Assembly: GCA_048128005.1 (NCBI GenBank)
Contig: JBEUKZ010000113.1
Span: 1-64,000 of the forward strand
DNA: 64,000 nucleotides
From: Veleropilina oligotropha
Lineage: Eukaryota
Direction: 5' to 3'
Numbering within the stretch: position 1 is the stretch's first letter; the number at the start of each line of letters is the position of its first letter. Both the position numbers and the translations under genes were made by a program. Below the pieces are notes generated by a model. That model made no database searches and was not told the DNA's origin. It saw only the letters and a list, made by a program, of their open reading frames with translations. Shown here in pieces: positions 1-10,982 of the stretch.

Positions 1-212
1 ATACACATCAGGCTATGGAATAATAGGTAAAAAGGAAGGACTGTACCTGAGTCAAAATATGACTGTGCCTTTGCAGGTGGTACAGCCCTGTAGGGAATAC
101 ATATTAATTGAAGTTCTATTGCTGGTTTAAGTATATGACAGTTGGCAGTGTTTGTAAGCGTGTGTGTAAGCAATGTTGTGGATATGTGGCCTGTAGTTGG
201 TTGCGCTGGTAT

Positions 213-3200
213 TTAGTGTGCCCTTGATTTATTTTTAGTGATGGTTCTTGAAAATGACTTTAAAGATCGTGATCGTTTTATTTCCGCTGACAAATTTCCC
301 CACAAGGAAGGCATTTTGCATAGAAAGCTGTTATTATAACATGATTTGGCGTGGCGTTGAATTACTGGATTGTTTCTGTTTCTTGTATTATAGTGATGAA
401 TTTGTGAATTTGTAGTGAAAATACCCATTAGTGGTAATGGCAATGACTTATTATAAAATTTGTACCCTAGTTTATTCAAGTCCAATCGTATCATATCTTC
501 AAGTTTTAGTATATTTAATTTTTTAAATATAGGATTTGTGTGATCGTTGTATTTAGCATTTAAAATTGATCTAACACATTTCTTCTGTAAAATAAATAAT
601 TTGTTGAAATCTTTCTTTTGTAACATTGGACCCCATATAGAGAGCCCATATGTTAAATGAGAGTGTATGGTGCTGAAATAAATCATCCGTTTAGTCGACG
701 TCGGTAACGTGTTTTTACAACATCGTAAGGTGTAAAAACTTCTTAGTAATTTATTGAGTAAGTGTTGAAAATGTTCCTTCCAATTTAAATTTTCGTCTAT
801 GATAATACCAAGAAATCTTGTAGATTTTACTTTTCTTATTATGGTATCATCTAATTTTAGTTCTGGAACCGTTGAAACATTAGTATTGGTTCTTTTAAAG
901 AGAATGTAATTTGATTTGTTAATATTTAGTGAGAGTTTGTTGCATTTGAACCAGTCTGCAAGTATTTTTAAATCCTGATTTACCTTTTCATAGAGTGTTG
1001 TTATTGATTTGTCGCTTGCGCATGTGGTTGTGTCATCAGCAAAATTAATGATTTTAAAAAAGGTCAATTTCTTATTTAAGTCGTTAATAATATCAAGAAT
1101 AGCAAAGGGCCCAATACTGATCCTTGCGGAACACCATAAGTCATTTCTTGATAATCAGACAGTACAGGATCTCTGGAGTCTTTTGACATGTATTTGACTC
1201 GTTGTTTTCTTTTTGAAAGGTAACTCTGGAACCACTTAAGGGGAATTCCGCGTATTCCATAATGATCCAATTTATTTAATAGTATATTATGATCGATTGT
1301 ATCGAAAGCCTTGGACAGGTCTAAAAAAAGTGCAAGGGTATGTTTTCCTTCCTCGAAGCCATTTATAACTTTGCTGACCAATTCTGTTACGGCATCCGTA
1401 GTGCTATGATTTGGCCTGAATCCATATTGGCTTTGAAATAATATGTTATTGCTATTTAAAAAACCATACAATCGCTTATATATAATTTTTTCCAAGACTT
1501 TCGATACAGATGTCAAGAGAGAAATTGGTCTATAGTTATTTATCAAGTGTCTGTCGTTGCTTTTATGAATTGGAATTATGTCTGCATTTTTCATTTTTTC
1601 AGGAAAGGTACCAGATTCAATTGACTTATTGAATAATGTTACTAGAGGTTTTGTCAGTGATGGCGTAAGTTTTTTTAGTAGCACATTACTGATATTATCG
1701 AAACCACTGCTGCTTTTGTTTTTAAGATTATTAATTATTTTTGTCACTTCATGAATATCTGTTGGTACCAAAAATATATTTTTATGACATTTGTCTCCCA
1801 TAAAATCAGTAAAGCAAGATGATGATGTGGGTATTTTACTGGCTAATTTTTTACCTATTGTAGAGAAATAATTGCAAAAGTCCTGGCATATTTCCATTGG
1901 ATTGTATTTTCTTAGTCCTTCACTCGATATGTATGTTGGTAATCCAGATTTATTTCTGTGCTGTTTTGTTATCTCGTTTATTGTCTCCCATAACTTCTTG
2001 GAATCATGTTTAAATTTAATGAGCCTCTCTGTGTAGTAATTATGTTTGGCTTTCCGTTTTAATTTGTTGTATAAGTTTCTGTATTTTACATAACTTTGAT
2101 GATCTGGGTCATTTTTATCCTTACCAATGCTAGTTCTATAAAGTCTATCACATTTTTTACCGCTTGTTAATAAGCCTTTTGTCATAAACGCCTCGTTAAT
2201 AATGTTTTTCGGAGATATAGTTATGGTTTTTTCTGGCGCGATAGTGTCCAGAGAATTTTGTATTATTTCGTTGTACCTTTCGTAACCATCACTTGCATTT
2301 AAGGTTTCTAATTCACTCCAATTGGTATTGTCTAGCATGTCATTTAATTTTCTTACTGTATTCGAGTTTATACGCCTTGTTTTTACGATTAATTTTTCTT
2401 TTGGTCGCTTTCCGTTGATATTTATTAGACCTAAACAGGGAAAGTGATCAGATATATGGGTTGTCAAAATTGCTGATTTGTAGGTCTTTGCCAGATTATT
2501 TGATATATAAATGTTATCGATAAGCGTAGCGCTATGGTGCGTAATACGGGTAGGGCGGGTTATGAGTGGTAGTAGTCCATATGATAAGGTTATTTCCAAA
2601 AACTTTTCCGTATTCGGGTGCGAATTAATTTTGAGAAAATCTAGATTTTGGTCGCTTCCAATAATAACTTCCTTTTTTTCATCTTTTATTTTTTGTAGCA
2701 AGTTGTTATACTCGGTTAAAAACTTCCGTTCATCGCTGCCTGGAATTCTGTATATTTCGCCAACAACGATATTGTTTTTATTTTTAGTTTCTATTTCAAT
2801 GAATACAGCCTCAATTTCTCCCTCAAGGAAAATATCAATATCTAATCTCATTTTGTATGACATTTCCTCTTTTATATAGATAGCCACCCCACCCCTACTT
2901 TTGTTGACACGATGCCTTTCCTCTAGTTTGTATCCTTTTAAAAGACACAAATTTATGTTTAAATCATTTATGAACGTTTCACAAACTAATATTATATCAA
3001 TTGAGCATCCTGATGTTTTCAGTTTGTTAAGGAGAAGTGCTAAATCGTCTATTTTGTTAGGTATGCTATGAATGTTTAAATGTAAGATGTTGTAGGTTGA
3101 ATTGGTAAAGTTAATTTTATGTATACCGTTTGGATCATAATAATCGCAAGCATCATTAATTGGTAGGTCCGAGTCGAGAAGGTTATTTAAATTTTTTGTG

Positions 3201-3256
3201 GGGTCATTGTTGATATCGTCTAGTAAGGTTGCCATATTGTTGTTAACCGTATTCAT
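213..3256 (-). pseudogene. LINE ORF2 (apurinic endonuclease + reverse transcriptase) with one frameshift near 1090
   Basis: APE motifs HLNIHS, VCETF, GGVAIY, GSDQN, TLIDNI and SDHFP. RT motifs YRPISLL, QYGFR, FLDLSKAFD, GVPQGSVLGP and FADDT. GPLLFLI continues as INDL...FADD in another frame (1-nt loss). Confidence 0.92.
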
Positions 3257-4742
3257 AGGGGTTTATTCTGAGCATCCATTTTACCAAAGAACCAGCTACA
3301 GGATGAGATATGTGTTTTGATGTGAATGTAGATTGTGATGCAAATGGGTTGATGCAAATCGGTTTCATAACCGTTCTTATAGATGTCGGAGCTTCGCTGT
3401 AATGTTTATATTCGATTATCTGGTTATATGCTTTAACTTATTTTTCATTGGATATTTTGTAGTCGTTTAACATAATGAACTGTTGTATATATAAATACGA
3501 GTATACATGCGCATGCCATATGGCTGACGTTAATGACAAATATTATATAATTTGCATGCAGTTAACTGACAATATATACATAATGTGAAACACATGCATA
3601 AAAGTCTATACAATATAAGAAGAAGTAGTCACATATGTACAAATTCAAGTATAATCCAAAATCGCATGATTTAACGATAACGTGTAACGGCATGTACATA
3701 TTCATACGCCCATAAGCATTCGGTGGCAATTAAGATTGTTAGCAAAGCGTTGACCAATTTGCGATGAGTTAAATATACATATAAATATAGATACATAAGT
3801 GAATATTGGTTATAAATTACCATTATGATATGCACATATAAATATAATTATAAATACAACTAGATACACGCTAACGAATCGAATACTAATTCCATATTAC
3901 ATAATCATACATAAATACAAACACATACACGCACGCATTTACGCTCACAATAATGGCTGATTACAAGAAGTTGCACTTGTATTATATACATATATTAATA
4001 TTTGACTATGATTTATAATAATTACCTATAAAATGCATATTGTTTGTCTATAACCTTGTTCTTATACACAAATGCGGATAAAATTTGTTACCGAATCAAT
4101 CCTGGATGAAGAACTACAATGTTAATTCTTTAAACAAAAGAACTCAAATTCCATTTCAGATAAGTATATAACCATATCATATTAGCTTAAATTTAAATAA
4201 TATCAGGCATACGCACAGACAAAAACGTAAAATTGCAAAATGTTGTACGGCTGTAGTAGTTTATATATATAGTTAAATGTAAATAAGAGTCTTATAATAT
4301 AAATATGTAATGTACATTTTGTTGACTATATCATTGCTCGAAAAAAACACGTAATCGGAGAAAATTTATTGCCGATTCAATTTTATGGTTGGGAATAACA
4401 CAATGCGTAATTCATCATTTTAATATAAATATTAATTGATCACGTGTTATATATGCATACGTACCTACGTACATGCATATACTTACGTACATAATATATA
4501 GATATAGATGATATGTGAATTTTCATTACAAGGTATATGGCATTTGATTTTCTTAAATTTTATAAATTAAACAATTATCATAATTAGATAATAGCAGAGG
4601 TCGAGAAAACTTATATGTGATACTTGGGCAATTGTATGATATGACATTGGCTTCTCATAACTTCATTAACCCTGTAAAGTACCTAAGTAACACGGTATCA
4701 CTGGAAGATCTGTGAATAAAGTTCACAGTTGATTGCATATTG

Positions 4743-5555
4743 TTAATGACCTTTGTTTTGAATGCACAATTGAGCGTCGATGTCAGTATTCAAGAATATG
4801 GGAAATTTACTTCCATTGACGGTCTCGATAAACACCTTTCCGTTCCACGCCCAAGTTGCTGCGACTCTATGGTGGTTTCTTGCCCTATTCATGAGTTGGT
4901 GATTCGCTTGGGTGAGGTCCTCTTGAATGGTAATACGCGTGCCTTTGAGTTCTCTGCTATGTTTTAACACTGCTAATTTGTCATCACGCTTAAAGAATTT
5001 CACAATTATCGGTCTTGTGCGGTCTATTGCTGGTCTCCCAACTCGGTGTGCAACATCAACACAGTCGCTGGTCATTTGTAAGGACAATTTACGGTTGAAT
5101 AGCTCGCACACCACATTTCTACAATCTTCTCCTTTGTTTTCGCTTAGGCCGTAAATCTTAACGTTAGATTTCCTCGAGTATTGTTCGTTGTCATTAGCAT
5201 GAGCAGTAATGGCTGCGATATTTTTATGCAGTTGATTTACTTCATCAGTCAGTATGGTTAGCTTAGTCTCGGCCGATTTGACCTCAGCAGCTAGGCAAAC
5301 GTTGTCTTTATTGGTCTCGAATATGTCGCCTTCTAGCTTTGACATTCTATCTTCCAATATAGCTGTTATATCCTCTTTTAGTTTTTTTGCCGCTGCTTCT
5401 ACCGCGTTTTTTATAAGTTCGTCTAACTGTTCTTGGGTAAATAAAGGGTCGTTTTGATGCTTAGCTGGTGTATTTGTAAAAAACGAATCAGTTTCGACAT
5501 CAGAGGAGGGTCGTTGCCTCTTACTTTTTCCCATGGTGTTAACAAGAAATACCAA
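4743..5555 (-). CDS. LINE ORF1p (coiled coil + RRM, L1/transposase_22-like)
   Basis: Heptad region followed by NEQYSRKSNVKIYGL, AHRVG..RPIIVKF and ITIQEDLT motifs typical of this ORF1 class. Confidence 0.85.
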   Translation of the reverse strand: MVFLVNTMGKSKRQRPSSDVETDSFFTNTPAKHQNDPLFTQEQLDELIKNAVEAAAKKLKEDITAILEDRMSKLEGDIFETNKDNVCLAAEVKSAETKLTILTDEVNQLHKNIAAITAHANDNEQYSRKSNVKIYGLSENKGEDCRNVVCELFNRKLSLQMTSDCVDVAHRVGRPAIDRTRPIIVKFFKRDDKLAVLKHSRELKGTRITIQEDLTQANHQLMNRARNHHRVAATWAWNGKVFIETVNGSKFPIFLNTDIDAQLCIQNKGH

Positions 5556-5796
5556 TATATTATTAAGGTAATTGACTCACCAACGTTGCGATCCGCGGTA
5601 TCTATCACAAGCAATAATTTCCTCGTAATCCGTTAAGTGTATTTATCTTTGGTAGGCTCCCAAGGGCAAATTAGATTTATAATTGAGTATACATCCTCAG
5701 CTGTTAAGTAGTGATATACATATATCCATTTACAGACGTTATTACAGCGATCTCATTGCGTTTTATGGAGCTGCAAATTTGCGTGGCAGGTAGCTC

Positions 5797-5808
5797 GCCG
5801 CCATCTTG
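5797..5808 (-). promoter_or_regulatory. YY1-like site at the LINE 5' end (candidate internal promoter)
   Basis: The minus strand reads CAAGATGGCGGC at the apparent 5' boundary of the element. Confidence 0.5.
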
Positions 5809-5814
5809 TTTTTT

Positions 5815-5935
5815 TATATGCATATATACGCATATACGCATATACGCACGCACACGCACACGCACACGCACATGCACATGCACATACACACATACACACA
5901 TACACATATATATATATATATATATGTGTATACTA
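5815..5935. repeat. Compound (TA)/(CA)/(CACG) microsatellite
   Basis: Direct reading. Confidence 0.9.
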
Positions 5936-7138
5936 GTATATTGGTTAAATAAATTCATTGATTGAATGATTGATTGATTGAATAGGGTCGATCGACATGA
6001 AAGCCTAAAATTACTAGATATATTCGAAACATTGTTCCCTTTTGACATTTGAGACATACCAGTATACAGTTAAATCAATATAAATATAAATTTGCTAAAT
6101 GCAAAAGTGTTAAAGTATATAAAAAAGATCATTTCTGAAAAACACAAAAATGACATTAATTTTAAAATTAATAAATAGCTCGTGGAGTGCGAACACCCAA
6201 AAATAGTATTTAGGGATTGGATCTAGATCAACGCAGTTCAATTATATATCTTTTAGGTTAGTAGCAAAAGTAATTCACTCAGGTGGAGGCTCCCTTTTAT
6301 CAGCCAGGAATGAGTGTAGTTGGAGGGCCCACTTCTCAGTCACGACCTCCTCACGGTCACCGGGTGTAAGGACCTATAAGAGGGACCCCACCCCATTCAC
6401 CAAGAATAGGTTGGACATTCTGCAGTTTATAAATGTAGTGGCGTTATCCGATCGACTATTCTGAAAATACTTGTCGTGTCTGTCGGTAACAGCCGCAGTA
6501 TCCACACAACCCCTATCCTTTGAACGATTTATCAGTATTTTATTATTCTATCAGATTATTTTGGTTTAAAATTATTTATACTTGTGTCTGATTTTTAGGT
6601 GCTGCAAGTTGAAGGTTATTACCCGTGCTTTTAGTGTCCATGGTGAACTGGAATGTTTTCAATTTCATCTAACTGTATACCTGAAATTTTCAGCAGCGAT
6701 TTTATGCGGATGCCATATGGTGACATTGCTTTAAATTTTGTTTATAATATATTTTCATATTTGGCGAAAAAACTGTTTCGAAATCGGTGTTGGAGGGATT
6801 TGATTTTAATTTTATAGCATATTGTAGTACAGTTTTACACATCTGGGAATAAGAGATGGTTCATTTGCTTCAACGCAGTGGTTTTCCATGGGTGATGTGC
6901 CGAAGGCCCTATAACAAATCCATACACAATGCTCTCATAATCAAGTTTAGCTCATCACCCCAACCGGTATGTAAAACGGCTTTCATTAAATTTAGAGCCT
7001 TGTGACATTATACGCTTTGACATATTTTATATAAGCCATAAAACTCAGTTTATGGCTTAATTTAAATCACAGCTGTGACGTCACCTATTGTTCTTTGCAA
7101 CCATTATGTGACATAATGTAATGCAAGCATGAAGTAAC

Positions 7139-7608
7139 AGTCTATTATTAAATGGCTGCTGTCCATTATTTCGGCTGTCTATGTATAGGTTAGATGGCGG
7201 ATTGGAGAGTCTTTGCAAAATAGGAGTCGAGCCCGTAGGGCGAGACTACTTTTTGATAAGAGTCTACAAGCTGCCGTCTAACCGACTTAGAAGCTAATTT
7301 CATTTCTCCACACAAATTATTTATAATTATCTAATTTGTTAAACTATTTATGTTATCGAAACACATATTTATTACAAAATAATTAGCTTTTTTACCAATA
7401 TATCAAGAAGATCCATATTAACATTACAACCTGTCACCCCTATTCTTAATAATGGGTAAGGCATCGCAAACAATAGACCTGCAAAGTGCCGTCTTCAGCA
7501 ATAATTGACGAGAAATACTGCTCTCTCATTGGCCGAGAAATGAAATTGGCTTCTAATTTATAATAATGGACAGTGAAATAATGGACAGTGACAAACTAAA
7601 AATAGACT
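7139..7608. mobile_element. Small non-autonomous palindromic element (MITE-like)
   Basis: Inverted motifs ctgtccattatttc/gaaataatggacag and agtctatt/aatagact near the two ends. Internal imperfect hairpin ggttagatggcgg...ctgccgtctaacc. Confidence 0.45.
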
Positions 7609-8013
7609 ATTATTTCAGATATAATGTACAAATGATCAGCAAGGTAACAATTGACTTTTACATGAGCTAAAGCAACAACAAAAAGGCAATTTGTAAAGCG
7701 TTTAATGGACACTTACTCCAGTTTGCAGAAGTTCAAAATAAATATGACAATACAATATATACAATATATATTTTTATCGATATAATATTATGTATATCCA
7801 TTGAAGAAATATCTTTTCTTTATCACGAGTTGTAGGTAGCATTTTTTCTTTCTATCACGAATTTCATCTTGGATATATCCTATATATATCCTCAAAATAC
7901 GACCGTAAATATCACATATAATGTTGACGATGACGACGACGACGGAGACGAATATTTCGTATAACGTGTTTGGATCATATTTTGATAAATCACAATTCAT
8001 AATTCCATCTATC

Positions 8014-8129
8014 GGGGGGGGGGACTAGGGGGGTTTTAGACTAAGTTAGGGGGGCCGGGGGCGATCGGGGAGGCTCCCAGCCCTATTTCAGAACTGAGGG
8101 GGGCTCGTAATATATACCCCTAGGGCAGT
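8014..8129 (+). repeat. Left TIR of the viral element
   Basis: G10-actaggggggttttagactaagttagg...gaggctcccagccctatttcagaactgag...cctagggcagt is the reverse complement of 32583-32693 with a few mismatches. Confidence 0.95.
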
Positions 8130-8716
8130 TTAGTAGAATTCGGGGTGGGGGGGGGGCCGGGGAGCGGCCGGCGAGGCTCCCAGCGCCGGTTTTATGGGCC
8201 TGTGTTTTATCCGTATCGAAACCTGGGCTTTATTGCTGACTCAACACAACAGCTGTCGTTGTCGATAATCTTTATTGCTGACTCATTGTGACATGTAAAA
8301 TTTCCATTTAGAGAATGAACTGTCCGCTTGTTTACATCTGGACCAAAACTTTTTATCTGGGTCGGTGACCCGTTTCTGGACAAAATATTTTTATCTGGAG
8401 CAAATATTTTTTTATCTGGGTCAACCTCGGCGAGATACGCATCGCGACAGCAGGCCAACTCAGTGAATGCGTGACCAAACAAAAGGCGATTCATAACACC
8501 GATAAGCTAAGAATAAACGCAACCCGGATGCAAAATTAAACAATATCATTGATCGCGGGTGAGGCATTCAATGCAAACAATATCCATTGATACACGCCGG
8601 CGACGTATTTGCATAGCACACGGGCATGAATGAGACATCAGTAGTCATTCATAAAGTGGGTAATGAATAGACGATATAGAAACCGGAAAATGTTGAGGGC
8701 GAGAAATCCCCAGCTG

Positions 8717-9157
8717 TTAAATTAATATGAAGTTGCCCGATATTAAAGTGCAATTGCACGACGGCTGGTGTCCGATTTTTCTCCACGCACCGAGGCATCC
8801 AGATAGCATTGTATAATACTGCCCATGTATGCCAGGACATAGGGAGGGGGCCGAACACTGGACACATGTGACAGTATCTGGGGGTGTAGGGGGGCCACAG
8901 TCATTCTCCCCGATAACATAGTAGTGACACAACGGTGGGGGGACATCAGGGGGTGGGTCTCCCAGGCGTAGTAGCAAGTTTCTCCGCAAGGGATCAAATC
9001 GGGGGTTATACCTGGGATGGTTGCGATACCTAGCCCATGTGTGTTCGAGAATTAATGCGGTATTGCGTGACGACTCGCCCCCTTGGGGGTGGGTGGTGGC
9101 ACCCGCTAGCCAACACACCGCAGCAATACACAGTAGCATGGATTTCATGGATTTCAT
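8717..9157 (-). CDS. Secreted cysteine-rich protein, possibly a cystine-knot growth factor or cytokine (PTTH/trunk/IL-17-like)
   Basis: Signal-peptide-like N-terminus MKSMLLCIAAVCWLAGA. The C-terminal domain has 8 Cys and ends in W...CxC. Confidence 0.55.
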   Translation of the reverse strand: MKSMKSMLLCIAAVCWLAGATTHPQGGESSRNTALILEHTWARYRNHPRYNPRFDPLRRNLLLRLGDPPPDVPPPLCHYYVIGENDCGPPTPPDTVTCVQCSAPSLCPGIHGQYYTMLSGCLGAWRKIGHQPSCNCTLISGNFILI

Positions 9158-9237
9158 GGCTTGTCCAGATATCACTGTCCAGTTCAAGCTTTAATATGGG
9201 GGAGGGGGGTCCCCCACCCCACGCTCAACCTGGATGG

Positions 9238-9876
9238 TTAGTCGCCAGCCCCGATTTTTTTCAGCAGCTCCGCGCGTCCCTCTTTACGACCACGCTCAAT
9301 GAGCTCGCTCTGGGTCTGTGAAACCGCCGTATGCGCCTTTAGACTTTTGAGGCGAACCGTGGCCTTCATCGTCCGATATTTGGCCATCTCGTCTGTGACG
9401 AGTTTGAACTCTTCATCAGACATCTCCCCGTCCGATAAGGCCTTTGAGACGTGGTCGCTGATTGTGTTCAGCTTGCTTTCGGCCAAGGCTCGAATCTCGT
9501 TGTGCTTCTTAGCCTTCACTTGGAGGCGGCGGCTGATATATTTTCCCCCCATGCTTGCGAGCCCACACCCCAACGCCGCTAATTCCAGTACTAGGACCAC
9601 AGGTGCCGCAACGATCGTGGACAGTAGACCAATGCCGGCGCTACCCATACCAAGGGTCGCCACGACAAGGGCCGAATCGATCCCGTCAACGACATTAACG
9701 CCTCGTCGGTACTTCTTGTACAGGGCATCCCTTGTGTCTCTCTCTCGTTCTAGCTGTCCCTGAAGCTCATTCACTTTTTGTAGTCGGAAAGACTGTGCCT
9801 CTGGCAGTTCCGAAGGCACATCGCCACCAAGTTGTGGGTACAGTGTTGGCGCTGGCGCTGAGGGTTTGTTGTCCAT
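9238..9876 (-). CDS. Viral two-TM coiled-coil protein of unknown function
   Basis: Intact 212-aa ORF: coiled coil, two hydrophobic helices, coiled coil, then an EF-hand-like DGEMSDEEF. Tightly packed with its neighbours. Confidence 0.75.
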   Translation of the reverse strand: MDNKPSAPAPTLYPQLGGDVPSELPEAQSFRLQKVNELQGQLERERDTRDALYKKYRRGVNVVDGIDSALVVATLGMGSAGIGLLSTIVAAPVVLVLELAALGCGLASMGGKYISRRLQVKAKKHNEIRALAESKLNTISDHVSKALSDGEMSDEEFKLVTDEMAKYRTMKATVRLKSLKAHTAVSQTQSELIERGRKEGRAELLKKIGAGD

Positions 9877-10247
9877 TATTCGTGGCTGTACTGTTCAGCC
9901 TGTTGATTCCGAATGTCTACCGTTACGGTAACGTTCAAATACAGGGTGCCCACCCACGGGGCCTTGACGGTGAAGGCGAGGGTCAACTTGTCCGAGTCCA
10001 GGCCAAGGCTATTTATGGAACACGCTTTGGGGGCGCCCCCGGCCGGCTGGACCGGCGTCAGGTGGATCATTAGAAGGGCTGGGTTCAACCCAAACCGACC
10101 TCCAGTGTTTGGAATCGTGAACTTGACTCTCGCCAGCCCCTTCTTGGGCGCTTCCCCACAACTGAGAACGGAGTGCCACTGGGTCGCTGAAGGCTCTTCT
10201 GCGAGAAGGAGGGGTGGGAGTGGGGTCCCATAGATGCTGGTGCTCAT
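9876..10247 (-). CDS. Viral hypothetical protein (123 aa)
   Basis: ATG-initiated. Its start and stop overlap both neighbouring genes, as in compact viral gene arrays. Confidence 0.6.
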   Translation of the reverse strand: MSTSIYGTPLPPLLLAEEPSATQWHSVLSCGEAPKKGLARVKFTIPNTGGRFGLNPALLMIHLTPVQPAGGAPKACSINSLGLDSDKLTLAFTVKAPWVGTLYLNVTVTVDIRNQQAEQYSHE

Positions 10248-10978
10248 TGTATCTCGAGGACTGCGGAAATAGGCATACCCTGATTGTCGATCGTATTACC
10301 ATCTGAGTCTGTGACGTACATCTTTAATTCTGTGAGTGACCCGGCCTGCAGTCGCCGGAAGTCGGGATACCTATGATAGTGGGCAGCCTCACCGTACACC
10401 TGCGACGTTATGGGGATCACCGCGAGAATATTGCTCGGGGCGCCATCCTTCACGTTGTGTGTTGCACTGAGCTGCTCCAGGTGAACGTGTAGGGTCGCAG
10501 CTATGGCAAACCCAACAGGCTTCTCCCCGTCATAAGTCCCGGGGCGTAGCCACTCGGATCTCTCCGGAGGAGGTCGGCCCCGTACTCCTCGAAGGGGTGG
10601 GTGCGGATCCCCCGATTTATCGAGAATAAACGAAGACAAGTTTAATCCGAGGAGCTTCCTTATATCGTCGCTTATCGCGAGTCGAGTCCCCTCTGGAACC
10701 ACGAGTCGCGCGAGTCCCGTAGCATGGCTTACATCTAGCTGTATGTTAACTAGCGACCTCTTCATTGTCTTGGCGAGGGAATCGAAGCTGTAGAAACCCG
10801 GTGCCACCTCGACCGTGGTATTGGGGGTTTGGAAGAAGGCTCCTGCGTGTACGTTATGCCAACCGACCCAATAGTCGAGCGACCGCAGGCCGACGCATAG
10901 CTTGCCTTCCCGGTTATCAATCGGCTGCAGGAGGGCAACCGCGGTCCCCGTTTGAATGTTTGTTACGGTGTGAAACAT
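10244..10978 (-). CDS. Minor capsid protein (penton, single jelly roll)
   Basis: VEVAPGFYS, LHVHL..., NILAVIPI and the C-terminal ELKMYVTDSDGNTIDNQG pattern resemble polinton/PLV pentons. Confidence 0.78.
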   Translation of the reverse strand: MFHTVTNIQTGTAVALLQPIDNREGKLCVGLRSLDYWVGWHNVHAGAFFQTPNTTVEVAPGFYSFDSLAKTMKRSLVNIQLDVSHATGLARLVVPEGTRLAISDDIRKLLGLNLSSFILDKSGDPHPPLRGVRGRPPPERSEWLRPGTYDGEKPVGFAIAATLHVHLEQLSATHNVKDGAPSNILAVIPITSQVYGEAAHYHRYPDFRRLQAGSLTELKMYVTDSDGNTIDNQGMPISAVLEIQ

Positions 10979-10982
10979 AGCT

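Larger units (their letters stand above)
1..5812 (-). mobile_element. Near-full-length non-LTR retrotransposon (CR1/L2 group); the 3' end probably lies beyond the window start
   Basis: ORF1 (4743-5555) and APE-RT ORF2 (213-3256) lie on the same strand. The 5' end carries CAAGATGGCGGC at 5797-5808 and abuts a microsatellite. Confidence 0.88.

Noticed and set aside
6340..6400. GACCTCCTCACGGTC resembling the P3/L3 core of an HDV-like ribozyme
   Set aside because: I could not find compatible P1 and P2 pairings or the J4/2 strand.
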